Shown here piece by piece: positions 18,359 to 29,571 of a stretch of 64,000 nt of DNA (the stretch's first letter is position 1; every line of letters begins with the position of its first letter). The stretch lies in the NCBI GenBank assembly GCA_963717505.1, contig OY970342.1, positions 1,696,001 through 1,760,000 of the forward strand, written 5' to 3'. A model generated the notes under the pieces. That model worked only from the letters and a program-made list of their open reading frames with translations, made no database searches and had not been told where the DNA came from. The translations under genes were made by a program, and so were the position numbers. The stretch comes from Candidatus Eiseniibacteriota bacterium (lineage in GTDB: Bacteria > Eisenbacteria > RBG-16-71-46).

Positions 18359-19262
18359 TGGGGTCGCTCCGGGTCGTAGGGCACGCCGACGGCGCGCGGC
18401 GGAATCGCGCGCCCGATCAGGCCGGCGAGCGCCAGCATGGTGACGACGTAGGGCAGCATCTGCAATAGCTCGTTCGGGAACCGGGTGCCCTGGAGCGCGA
18501 TCTGGAGCGCTTCGGCGGCGCCGAACAAAAGGCAGGCGGCGGCCGCACCGACCGGATGCCATTTACCGACGATCATCGCCGCGATCGCGATGTAGCCGCG
18601 TCCCCCGGTCATGCCGTCGGTGAACGAGTGCTGCTCGCTCGCGAGCCAGGCGCCGGCCAGCCCGGCGAGCATGCCGGACACGAGGACGCCTGCCGCTCTC
18701 GTGCCACCGACCGAGAGGCCGAGCGTGGCCAGTGCCTCTGGCTTTTCGCCGGCCCCGCGAAGCCTGAGCCCGAACACCGTCCGGAACAGCGTCCACTGAG
18801 CCGTGCCGACCACGACGATTGCGAGCCAGACCAGCGGCGAGGTGAGCACGGCGCCGATTCCCGGGAGGCGCTCGAGCCCGAACAGCGCGACCGAGTCGAC
18901 GCCGGCCACCCGGCTCGAATTGGACGATGAATCGAACACGGCGATCAGCACGTACTTGCAGAGTCCGATCGCCAGCAGGTTGATGCCGAGTCCACTCGTG
19001 ATCTGGTCGGCGCGGAGAACGATGGTGACCAGGGCATGAAGGGCTGCGGTCAGGGCTCCGGCCACCAGCGCCGCGGCGACCCCGACCCACGCGCTGCCGC
19101 TCCAGTGGGCGCCGAGCGTGAACGCGAGCGCGCCGATCAGCATGATGCCTTCGAGTCCGATGTTGATCACGCCGCCGCGCTCGCTGAAGCAGGCGCCGAC
19201 CGCGGCCAGCGCGTAGGGCACGCTGATCCGCAGCGCCGCCGCCAGGAACAGGACGAGTTCCA

Positions 19263-19263
<1 letters not shown>
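18355..19263 (-). CDS. Nucleoside/sugar ABC transporter permease (NupC/YufQ type)
   Basis: SERGGVINIGLEG, FGLRLRGAGE.P, GRGYIAIAA..GKW; GTG at 19263. Confidence 0.88.
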
Positions 19264-20316
<1,053 letters not shown>

Positions 20317-20333
<17 letters not shown>

Positions 20334-21834
20334 CCTGTCCGGTCATGTACATGCCCAGCGTGCGCTCGTCGGTCATGTGGGGTGCGGTCTCGTGGACGAA
20401 ACGGCCGCCGTACATCACCAACACGCGATCGCTGAGCGCCAGGATTTCGGACAGCTCGGAGGACACGAGGAGGATCGCGCGCCCGGAATTGCGCGCGGCG
20501 ATCAGTCGTCCGTGAATGAACGCCGTGGCGCCCAGGTCGACCCCGCGCGTCGGGTGCGCGACCAGCATCACCGCAGCACCCCGCGAGATCTCGCGGGCGA
20601 TCACCAGCTTCTGCTGGTTGCCGCCCGAAAGCGTGTGAGCTGCCGCGGCCGGCGCCGGCGGGCGCACGTCGTAGTCGGCGAGCAGCGGCCGTGCATGGCG
20701 CGCCAGCGCGCGCGGCGTGAGCCACAGACCGGCGACCGTGCGGTCGTCATGCCGGCCGAGCACCAGGTTCTCGGCCACCGTCATGCCGCCGACCAGTCCG
20801 CGCCGCAGGCGATCGCCGGGCACGTGCGCGAGCCCGGCGCGAAAACGCGCGCGGGCGCCGCGCGGAGCGATGCCGCCCGCCATGCGCACGTCGCCGGCGC
20901 GGGCCGGCCGGAGTCCAGCCAGGCACTCGATCAACTCGTGCTGGCCATTGCCCTCGACTCCCGCGATGCCGACGATCTCGCCCTCGTGAATCGCGAGCGA
21001 GACGCCGCGCACGGCACTCAGGCCACGGTCGTCGGCGACCTCGAGCTGGCGCACCGAGAGCAGGACGTTGCCGGTGGCCGAGGTCCGTTCGCGGCGCGCC
21101 GGCGCCGGAGTGTGTCCGACCATCAGTTCGGCGATCCGTTCACTCGAGTACTCGGCGATCGGACCGCCTCCGACCACGCGTCCGGCGCGCATCACCGTGA
21201 CCCGATCGGCGATCGCCTGCACTTCCGCCAGTTTGTGGGTGATCAGGACGATCGCGGTGCCGGCCGCCTGCAGCTCGCGTAGCACCCGGAACAGCTCGTC
21301 GACCTCTTGGGGCGCCAGCACAGCCGTCGGCTCGTCGAGAATCAGCACCCGAGCGCCGTGATAGAGCGCTTTCAGGATCTCGACCCGCTGCTGGCCGCCC
21401 ACCGAGAGCGAGGCAACTGGGGTGCGCGGATCGACCGGCAGTCCGTGTCGCTGCGACAGCTCGGCCACCCGCCGCTCGGCTTCCGCGTGGTCGAATGCGC
21501 CGACACGCGTGCGCGGTTCGCGGCCGAGCGTGACGTTCTCGGCTACCGTCATCGGATCGATCAGCACGAAGTGCTGGTGCACCATGCCGAGCCCGAGCCG
21601 GATCGCGTCCGCCGGCCGTGCGATGCGCACCGGCCGGCCCTCGACCTCGATCCGCCCGGCGTGGGGTGCCAACAGGCCGTAGAGCACGCGCATCAGCGTG
21701 GTCTTGCCCGCGCCGTTCTCGCCGACCAGCGCGTGCAGCTCGCCGGGGAGCAGCTCGAACGCGACGTCGTCGTTGGCGACGATCCCGCCGAAACGGCGCG
21801 TGATGTTGCGCATGGCGACCACCGGGGGCGGCAT
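20317..21834 (-). CDS. Nucleoside/sugar ABC transporter ATP-binding protein (two ABC domains)
   Basis: GENGAGKTT, GMVHQHF, ILDEPT, LSGGNQQK, PTRGVD; start at ATG 21834. Confidence 0.92.
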
Positions 21835-21981
21835 GGCCGGCGAGAGTAACAGAGCCGCGTTGGCGCGGGCGCCGATCGACACCTTCGCGCGGCTACAGTC
21901 GCGTTGGACCCGGCGGCGGCGTTCGGACAGAATGCGTGGACTCGCGACCACCGTGATGCACCCGACCGAGGACCCCGATCC

Positions 21982-23148
21982 ATGTTCAAGAGATTGCGAT
22001 GGGTGATCGTGGCGCTGGCCGCGATTGCCTTGCTGGTTGTGCTACGCGTGACCTTGTTCCGCACGCCGCCGATCGAGGTCGAAACCGCGGTGATCGGACG
22101 CGGTACCGTCGAAGACGCGGTGATGAACAGCCAGGCGGGTACGGTCCGCTCCAGGCGGCGATCCCGCCTGGGCGTCGAGCGGGCCGGGCGGGTCGCCGAG
22201 ATCCCGCATCGCGAGGGCTCGCGGGTCAAGAGCGGGACGGTGCTGCTCGAGCTGGACGCCTCGACGGCCCGCGTCAGTCTCGAGGTCGCCGAGCGCGATC
22301 GCGACGCCGCGCAAGCGGCGCTGGCCGCAGCGCGCGCCTCCGCCACGCAGGCGCAGCAGGACTTCGAACGCGTCCGCCAACTGCGCGACCGCGATGTGGT
22401 CTCGCAGGGCGAGATGGACGTCGCTCAGTCGCGGCGCGACGCCACCGCGGCCGAAGCCGATGCCGCCGAGGCGCGCCTCGGCCGCGCGCAGAGCGCAGTC
22501 AAGCTCGCGCGCGACGAGATCGACAACCTGCGCGTGCGCGCGCCTTACGATGGCGTGGTCAACGCCCGCCTGGTCGAGGTCGGCGAGTCGGTCATCCCCG
22601 GCCAGCCGGTGCTCGAGCTGACCAGCCTCGATCGACTCTACGTCAGCGCTCCGATCGACGAGATCGACATCGGCCGGCTGGCCAACGGCCTGCCGGCGCG
22701 CGTGACGCTCGACCCCTATCCCGGGATCGAGTGGCGCGGCGAGGTCACCCGCGTGTCGGAAACGGTCGACGATCTCAAGGAGCAGAATCGCACGCTCGAG
22801 GTCGAAGTCGAGGTCGTCCCCGAAGCGAAACACCCCGACCCCAAGCCCGGCACGTCCGCGGACATCCAGATCATTCTCGATCGCCGCGAGGACGTGCTGC
22901 GCGTCCCGACGTTCGCGCTTGCCGAAGGCAAGCGGGTGTTGCTGCTGCAGAAGGGCCAGGCGGTCGCGCGCGAGGTCGAGGCCGGGCTCAAGAACTGGGA
23001 ATGGACCGAAGTGCGCGGCGGGCTCGCCGAAGGCGACGTGGTCATCACCAACCTCGACAAGCAGGGCGTCAAGGCGGGCGCCAGCGTGGTGGCCAAGACG
23101 CCGGCCGCTCGCGACACGGCACGGACGGCCGCAGCCGGAGGCAGCTGA
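21982..23148 (+). CDS. Efflux periplasmic adaptor (MacA/HlyD family)
   Basis: N-terminal TM, lipoyl-like halves, coiled coil, RAPYDGVV, DEIDIGRL. Confidence 0.88.
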   Translation: MFKRLRWVIVALAAIALLVVLRVTLFRTPPIEVETAVIGRGTVEDAVMNSQAGTVRSRRRSRLGVERAGRVAEIPHREGSRVKSGTVLLELDASTARVSLEVAERDRDAAQAALAAARASATQAQQDFERVRQLRDRDVVSQGEMDVAQSRRDATAAEADAAEARLGRAQSAVKLARDEIDNLRVRAPYDGVVNARLVEVGESVIPGQPVLELTSLDRLYVSAPIDEIDIGRLANGLPARVTLDPYPGIEWRGEVTRVSETVDDLKEQNRTLEVEVEVVPEAKHPDPKPGTSADIQIILDRREDVLRVPTFALAEGKRVLLLQKGQAVAREVEAGLKNWEWTEVRGGLAEGDVVITNLDKQGVKAGASVVAKTPAARDTARTAAAGGS

Positions 23149-23149
23149 C

Positions 23150-23917
23150 ATGTCTCCCGCGGACGGCCGCCCACAGAACTCCGGCGGCGCACGCGGCGCG
23201 GAAGCCGGCAGCGTCGCGACCGATGGCGCGGTCATCCGCCTCGAGCACGTCATCCGCAACTTCCCGGTCGGCGACTCGGTGGTCCACGCGCTCGACGACG
23301 TGTCGTTGGTGATTCGGCGCGGCGAGTTCGTGGCACTGATGGGCCCTTCGGGCTCCGGCAAGTCGACGTTACTCAACGTGCTCGGCTGCCTCGACACGCC
23401 GACCTCCGGCGTCTACGTGCTCGACGGCGAGCCGGTCGAGAAACTCACCGAGGACGAGCTGGCGCTGGTCCGCCAGCGCAAGCTCTCGTTCATCTTTCAG
23501 GCCTACCACCTGGTGCCGCGCATGACTGCGGCGCGCAACGTCGAGCTGCCGCTGATCTTCGCCGGCGTGGAGCCGCGCGAGCGCCGCGAGCGGGTGCGCC
23601 GAGCACTCGAGCAGGTCGGGCTCACCCACCGGATCACCCATCGCCCGGACCAGCTCTCGGGCGGTGAGCGCCAGCGGGTCGCGATTGCGCGCGCCATGGT
23701 CACCGAACCGCGCATTCTGCTGGCTGACGAGCCGACCGGAAACCTGGATTCGCGTTCGGGCGGCGAGATCGTGGCGCTGCTCGAGCGCCTGAACGCCGAG
23801 GGGCTGACCATCGTGCTGGTGACCCACGACCCCGGCGTCGCGACCCATGCGCACCGGGTGCTGCGCATGCGCGACGGCAAGCTGATCGAGAACGCCGACG
23901 AGATGGAGGCGCCATGA
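23150..23917 (+). CDS. MacB/LolD-type ABC ATP-binding protein
   Basis: GPSGSGKST, LSGGERQRVAIARA, ADEPTGNLD, VTHD. Confidence 0.92.
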   Translation: MSPADGRPQNSGGARGAEAGSVATDGAVIRLEHVIRNFPVGDSVVHALDDVSLVIRRGEFVALMGPSGSGKSTLLNVLGCLDTPTSGVYVLDGEPVEKLTEDELALVRQRKLSFIFQAYHLVPRMTAARNVELPLIFAGVEPRERRERVRRALEQVGLTHRITHRPDQLSGGERQRVAIARAMVTEPRILLADEPTGNLDSRSGGEIVALLERLNAEGLTIVLVTHDPGVATHAHRVLRMRDGKLIENADEMEAP

Positions 23918-25119
23918 AGTTCCGTGACGCTTACACGCTGGCCGCCGAGTCGCTCAAACTCCATCGGCTGCGCACCGGACTGACGCTGACCGGCATCGCG
24001 ATCGGGGTCACCGCCGTCATCCTGCTGACCGCGCTCGGCGACGCCGCCAAGGGCTACGTGGTCCGCGAATTCGCGGGCATCGGCACCAACCTGGTGATTG
24101 CCTTGCCCGGGCGCACCGAGACCACCGGCGTGCCGACCACCGGCGGCGCCACCCGCGACCTGACGCTCGAGGATGCCGAGGCGATTCGCCGCCGGGCGCG
24201 CGCGCTGAGCGATATGGCGCCGCTGTCGATGGGCTCCGGGGAGTTCTCGTACGGCGGGCGGACGCGCAACGTGTTCGTCGCGGGCACCACCGCATCGTTC
24301 GCGAGGATCCGCCACCTCGAGGTTTCAGTCGGGCGGTTTCTGCCGGCCGGCGATCCGCGCCAGGGCCAGAGCGTGGTGGTCATCGGGCAGACCATCGCGC
24401 GCGAAGTGTTCGGCGACGAGAACCCGCTCGGCAAGTCGGTGCGCATCGCCCAAACGCGTTTGCGGGTCATCGGGGTCACGGCGCCGCGCGGCCGTTCGCT
24501 GGGATTCGACTTCGACGACTTCGCGTTCGTGCCGGTCGGCACCGGCCTCAGGATGTTCAACCAGTCGAGCCTGTTTCGGGTCATGTGCGAGGCCCGGGAC
24601 GCCGCCTCGATCCAGCCGCTGATCGGGCAGATCAAGGAGATCCTGATCGAGCGCCACGACGGCCTCGAGGACTTCACGATCATCACCCAGGACGCGCTGC
24701 TCCAGACCTTCCGCTCGATCATCGACGTGCTGACCATTGCGCTGGCCGGCATCGCGGCGATCTCGCTGGCCGTCGCCGGCATCGGCATCATGAACGTCAT
24801 GCTGGTCTCGGTCTCCGAGCGCACCTCCGAGGTCGGACTGATGAAGGCGCTGGGCGCGCAGCGGCGCCAGATCGTGTCGGTGTTCCTGCTGGAAGCGATC
24901 CTGCTCTCGGCACTCGGGGCGATCGCCGGCAGCGTATTGGGCGTGACCGTGGTGCTGGCTGGCGCGCGGGTCTGGCCCGACTTCCCGTTGGCCCCGAGTC
25001 CGCAGTGGCTGGCGGTCGTGCTGGCGCTGGCGCTCGGCGCCGGTGCGTCATTCGGCCTGATGCCGGCGCGGCGCGCCGCGCGCCTGCAGCCGGCCGATGC
25101 GCTGAGGGCGGGCAAGTGA
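23914..25119 (+). CDS. MacB/FtsX-family ABC permease
   Basis: LT..GIAIGV, GIMNVMLVSVSERTSEVG..KALGA, PARRAARL.P..AL. Confidence 0.92.
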   Translation: MKFRDAYTLAAESLKLHRLRTGLTLTGIAIGVTAVILLTALGDAAKGYVVREFAGIGTNLVIALPGRTETTGVPTTGGATRDLTLEDAEAIRRRARALSDMAPLSMGSGEFSYGGRTRNVFVAGTTASFARIRHLEVSVGRFLPAGDPRQGQSVVVIGQTIAREVFGDENPLGKSVRIAQTRLRVIGVTAPRGRSLGFDFDDFAFVPVGTGLRMFNQSSLFRVMCEARDAASIQPLIGQIKEILIERHDGLEDFTIITQDALLQTFRSIIDVLTIALAGIAAISLAVAGIGIMNVMLVSVSERTSEVGLMKALGAQRRQIVSVFLLEAILLSALGAIAGSVLGVTVVLAGARVWPDFPLAPSPQWLAVVLALALGAGASFGLMPARRAARLQPADALRAGK

Positions 25120-26318
25120 ATCTGCGCGACTTGTTCGGGCTGACGATCGAGGCACTGCGCGCCCACCGCATGCGCTACGGACTGTCGGCGCTCGCAATCG
25201 CGGTCGGCGTGGCCGCGGTGGTGCTCATGTCGTCGATCGGCGAAGGCATGCGGCGCTTCATCATGGCGCAGATGAACACGTTCGGCAGCTCGGTGGTCGC
25301 GATCAACCCCGGCAAGACCGAGACCGGCGGTGTGCCCGGGGTCATGGGGGGGAGTGCCCGGCGACTCACGCTCGACGACGCGCGGGCGCTGGCGCGCATT
25401 CCGGGTGTCGCCGCGGTCGTGCCCACCGGCTACGGCTCGGCGATCGTCGAGTACGGCGGCCGGGGCCGGCGGGTCTACATCTATGGGGTCAACGATCAAG
25501 TACCCGAAGGTTGGTCGTGGCGGGTCGCCGCGGGCGAGAACATTCCCAAGATGGATTGGGATCGCTCGGCGGCGGTGACGTTGCTCGGCGCCAGGCTCAA
25601 ACGCGAGCTGTTCGGCGAAGCCAACCCACTCGGCCAGGTCGTGCGCATCGGCGAGTCGCGTTTTCGCGTGATCGGCGTGATGGAGGAGAAGGGTCAATTC
25701 CTCGGATTCGACCTCGACGACTCGGCGTTCATCCCGGTGGCGAATGCCATGCGTCTATTCAACCTGCCCGAGCTGAACGAGATCGACTTGCTCGCCGCCT
25801 CGCCCGACGCGATCGATCCGGTGGCCGAGGCCGCGGCCAAGCTCCTGCGTGAACGTCACCGCGGCCAGGAAGACGTCACGATCGTCACCCAGAAGGAAGC
25901 CCAGGAAACGGTAAACAACATTCTCGGGATCGTTTCCGCGGTGGTCACCGGCATCGCCGCGATCAGCTTGCTGGTCGGCGCGATCGGCATCCTGACCATC
26001 ATGTGGATCGTGGTGCAGGAGCGGGTGAGCGAGATCGGCCTGGTCAAGGCCCTCGGCGCCCGGGGTTCCCAGATCATCACCTGGTATCTGTTCGAGGCGG
26101 CGGTCACGGCACTGGTCGGTGGGCTCACGGGGCTCCTCGCCGGCATGGGCGGTGCGGCGTTGCTGGGTGCGGTGGTCCCGGGGCTCGAGGTGTTCACTCC
26201 GCCCGAGATGGTGATCACCGCGTGCGTGACGGCGGTCGGAGTCGGCCTCGCGGCCGGCGTCGGGCCCGCGATACGCGCGTCGCGGCTGGATCCGGTCGAA
26301 GCGCTAAGGGGGGAATGA
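25116..26318 (+). CDS. MacB/FtsX-family ABC permease (second)
   Basis: GTG overlaps previous stop; ERVSEIGLVKALGA; PAIRASRLDPVEALR. Confidence 0.9.
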   Translation: MNLRDLFGLTIEALRAHRMRYGLSALAIAVGVAAVVLMSSIGEGMRRFIMAQMNTFGSSVVAINPGKTETGGVPGVMGGSARRLTLDDARALARIPGVAAVVPTGYGSAIVEYGGRGRRVYIYGVNDQVPEGWSWRVAAGENIPKMDWDRSAAVTLLGARLKRELFGEANPLGQVVRIGESRFRVIGVMEEKGQFLGFDLDDSAFIPVANAMRLFNLPELNEIDLLAASPDAIDPVAEAAAKLLRERHRGQEDVTIVTQKEAQETVNNILGIVSAVVTGIAAISLLVGAIGILTIMWIVVQERVSEIGLVKALGARGSQIITWYLFEAAVTALVGGLTGLLAGMGGAALLGAVVPGLEVFTPPEMVITACVTAVGVGLAAGVGPAIRASRLDPVEALRGE

Positions 26319-26374
26319 GCGCGGGATTCATCGGGGCATGACGCGGTGCAGCGAACACAGTGGAGGAGGGACCC

Positions 26375-28072
26375 GTGAGGCTTATGGGCGTTTTGTGCAT
26401 ATTGGCGGCACTCGCAGGCTGCACCGCGACTCCCAAGCATGACGTCGTGCTGCGCGGCGGAATGATTTATGACGGCAGTGGCACGCCGCCGCGTACCGGC
26501 GACGTCGCGATCTCGGGCGACTCGATCGTCGCGATCGGAACGGTCCCCGAGAAAGGCAAGGTCGAGATCGACGCTCGGGGACTCGCAGTCGCACCCGGGT
26601 TCATCAACATGCTGAGCTGGTCGACCGAGTCGCTGCTCGAGGACGGTCGCTCCCAGAGCGAGATTCGCCAGGGCGTCACGCTCCAGGTCTTCGGCGAGGG
26701 CTGGTCGATGGGGCCGCTCAACGACTCGATGAAGGTGCGGACCTTGCGCGAGCAGGGCGACATCAAGTTCGACGTCGCGTGGACGACGCTCGGCCAATAC
26801 CTGGACCATCTGGTCCGCCGCGGAGTCTCGTGCAACGTCGCCTCGTTCGTGGGCGCCACCACCGTGCGCATTCACGAACTGGGCTACGAAGATCGCCGGC
26901 CCACTCCGGACGAACTGGAGCGCATGCGCGCGCTGGTCCGCCAGGGGATGGAAGAGGGCGCCCTGGGTGTCGGCTCCTCGTTGATCTACGCGCCGGCGTT
27001 CTATGCGAACACCGACGAGCTGATCGAGTTGGTGAAGGCGGCGGCCCCGTACGGCGGCATGTACGTCTCGCACCTGCGCAGCGAAGGCAATCGGCTGGTC
27101 GAGGCGGTGGACGAGCTGATTCGCATCGCCCGCGCCTCGGAGGCGCCGGCCGAGATCTATCACTTGAAGGCGGCCGGAGAGGCCAATTGGTTCAAGCTCG
27201 ATCAGGTGATCGAGCGGGTCGAAGCGGCCCGTGAGGATGGCCTGAAGATCACGACGAACATGTACACGTACACCGCCGGAGCGACCGGCCTCGATGCCGC
27301 GATGCCGCCCTGGGTGCAGGAGGGTGGTCTCCAAGAGTGGCGCGCGCGGCTCCAGGATCCCGCGACCCGCGCGCGGGTGCGTGGGGAGATGAGAACGCGC
27401 ACCGACCAATGGGAGAACTGGCTCCTGCTCGCGGGGTCGCCCGAGCGCGTCGTGCTGGTCGGCTTCAAGCAGGACTCACTCAAGTACTTGACGGGGAAAA
27501 CATTGGCGCAGGTGGCGGCCATGCGCGGCAAGTCTCCCGAAGAGACCGCGATGGATCTGGTCGTTCAGGACGACAGTCGCGTCGGCACCGTCTACTTCGT
27601 GATGTCCGAAGACAACGTGCGGCGTCAGGTCGCGCTGCCGTGGATGAGCTTCGGCTCGGACGCGGAATCGCAGGCGCCCGAGGGTGTGTTCCTGAAATCC
27701 AATCCGCACCCGCGCGCCTACGGCAACTTCGCGCGTCTGCTGGGACGCTACGTGCGGGAGGAGAAGAAGCTCTCGCTCGAGGAAGCCATCCGCAAACTCA
27801 CGTCACTGCCCGCCGAGAATCTCAAGCTCAGGCGGCGCGGCCGACTCGAGCCCGGGTATTTCGCCGACGTCGTCGTGTTCGACGCTTCCAAGATTCAAGA
27901 TCACGCGACGTTCGAGCAGCCGCATCAGTACGCGACCGGCGTCGTTCACGTGTTCGTGAACGGGACTCAGGTCCTGAAAGACGGCGAGCACACCAGCGCC
28001 AAGCCCGGCCGCGTGGTGCGCGGACCGGGATGGACGGGATGGCAGGGCGGGGGCGCAGTGGCCGCGCGCTAG
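26375..28072 (+). CDS. N-acyl-D-amino-acid deacylase (D-aminoacylase), probable lipoprotein
   Basis: SD GGAGGAGG; lipobox LAGC; APGFINMLS, SHLRSEG, FGSD, HPRAYGNF amidohydrolase motifs. Confidence 0.88.
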   Translation: MRLMGVLCILAALAGCTATPKHDVVLRGGMIYDGSGTPPRTGDVAISGDSIVAIGTVPEKGKVEIDARGLAVAPGFINMLSWSTESLLEDGRSQSEIRQGVTLQVFGEGWSMGPLNDSMKVRTLREQGDIKFDVAWTTLGQYLDHLVRRGVSCNVASFVGATTVRIHELGYEDRRPTPDELERMRALVRQGMEEGALGVGSSLIYAPAFYANTDELIELVKAAAPYGGMYVSHLRSEGNRLVEAVDELIRIARASEAPAEIYHLKAAGEANWFKLDQVIERVEAAREDGLKITTNMYTYTAGATGLDAAMPPWVQEGGLQEWRARLQDPATRARVRGEMRTRTDQWENWLLLAGSPERVVLVGFKQDSLKYLTGKTLAQVAAMRGKSPEETAMDLVVQDDSRVGTVYFVMSEDNVRRQVALPWMSFGSDAESQAPEGVFLKSNPHPRAYGNFARLLGRYVREEKKLSLEEAIRKLTSLPAENLKLRRRGRLEPGYFADVVVFDASKIQDHATFEQPHQYATGVVHVFVNGTQVLKDGEHTSAKPGRVVRGPGWTGWQGGGAVAAR

Positions 28073-28081
28073 CGTTGCGGT

Positions 28082-29314
28082 CTATGCGATTCGTGGGAAG
28101 ACGGGCCCTGCGAATCCTTGACGAATAGCCGGCGTGTGAGATTGGCCACGCGGACCGAAGCAGGTCAACGCCAGGCGTACACGCTGCTCGAGCGGTGCGT
28201 CGGCGATGGCCTCGGTGAGCGCAGCAGCACGGCGCGACTCATCTGCTCGGAGTCCGAGTGATCGGAGCCAGGGGATGACTTCGGCTGCCGCAGCTCGCGC
28301 CTTGGCTGCCTCTCGTTTCTCATGCATGAACCCATCGCCAAACGTGCCCTCGGCCTCGTATTGGTTATGGGCCCGGCAGAGCAGACGTATGCCCTCCACG
28401 GTCGCCCGGCCGCCTCGGGCCACCGGAACAACGTGGTCGAACTCGAGCCGGGTGGTGGCCGGGCATCGCTTGCCGCTGCTACCGACAAACGTGCACCTCC
28501 CGCGGTCCCGGGCCCAGACTTCGCGCTTCACATGCGCGGGGACCGTGCGCTTCCCGGTCGCCTTGCGCCGCGAGTCGGCTCGCGGACGGTCGATCGCACC
28601 GAACTTCTTCCTTTCGAGCTCCTTTCTGAGCAGCCTTAATGCGCGGCTGAATACCTGCGCGATATCCCCGGAAGGGATCTGGTGGCCGAGCAACCCCCGG
28701 ACGCACTCCAGGTCGTCATGGGTGCCTTGGTCGATGGTGAATTGAACCGCAAAGCGCTGCGTCGACAATGGTTTCACCCTGGGGAACGGCGCTGCCGCCG
28801 GTTGATCGGCGACTACTGAACCGTTGATCCCAACTTGCCCCGGGGCAAGTTGGTCGGCCTGCTCGGGTGGTGGGGCCAGAAGCGACTGAACCCTCGCGGG
28901 CACGTCCCCCCGAGGGAATCGCTCCGCGATCATTCGCTCGATTTCGGCTTTCGTCTTGTGCGTCGCGGCAGCGATCAGCTCGTCCGCGTTTGCCGGAGTC
29001 AGATGCGCCGCGAGCAAGACCGCGCCACACAAGTGAAGTCGGCCGTCCGCCAGGGCGACCAACAAGGCTGGACACTCCCGAGCCGTACGGATCACCTGGA
29101 TACGCTTGTAGGCGGCATCCTCGGACATACCGAGTTCACGAACACAGTACTCCCGCATCGACGGGTAGCCGGCCGGGAGGTAGAGCCGACGGTAGTCGGC
29201 CTCGGCGAGGTGGGCGATCAGGGCGGCGGTGGTGGCGCGATCCTGAACCACCAGAGACTTGAGGGCGGTGAGCAGCTCGCGATCGCCGAGCTGGGTCAAC
29301 GAATAGGCGCGCAT
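28082..29314 (-). CDS. HNH endonuclease with DUF222-like helical N-terminus and RuvA-C-like tail
   Basis: VWARD.GRC..C...LEFDHVVPVARGG....LLCRAHN; more A/T-rich codons than its neighbours by eye. Confidence 0.8.
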   Translation of the reverse strand: MRAYSLTQLGDRELLTALKSLVVQDRATTAALIAHLAEADYRRLYLPAGYPSMREYCVRELGMSEDAAYKRIQVIRTARECPALLVALADGRLHLCGAVLLAAHLTPANADELIAAATHKTKAEIERMIAERFPRGDVPARVQSLLAPPPEQADQLAPGQVGINGSVVADQPAAAPFPRVKPLSTQRFAVQFTIDQGTHDDLECVRGLLGHQIPSGDIAQVFSRALRLLRKELERKKFGAIDRPRADSRRKATGKRTVPAHVKREVWARDRGRCTFVGSSGKRCPATTRLEFDHVVPVARGGRATVEGIRLLCRAHNQYEAEGTFGDGFMHEKREAAKARAAAAEVIPWLRSLGLRADESRRAAALTEAIADAPLEQRVRLALTCFGPRGQSHTPAIRQGFAGPVFPRIA

Positions 29315-29571
29315 GACAGACGCTTTCTTCGGGGGCGCACCTACAGCAGAGCCGGATCCATCCGGCAGAACTCACCCATTCTCGCACGCGGGATTTCGGC
29401 GCTCAGGAATGCGCGGGCCCTGCATATCTCGAAGCGTCGCGAGATCTGTTTCTCGATGCAGGGACTTCGCTCGCCGCAGCGCATCCTGCGCGCGTTCAAG
29501 CAGTCGCGAGAAACCACCGGCGACTACGCGGCTGCATCGTCCCCAAAGCTCGTCAAGGGCTATTTTTCGAT

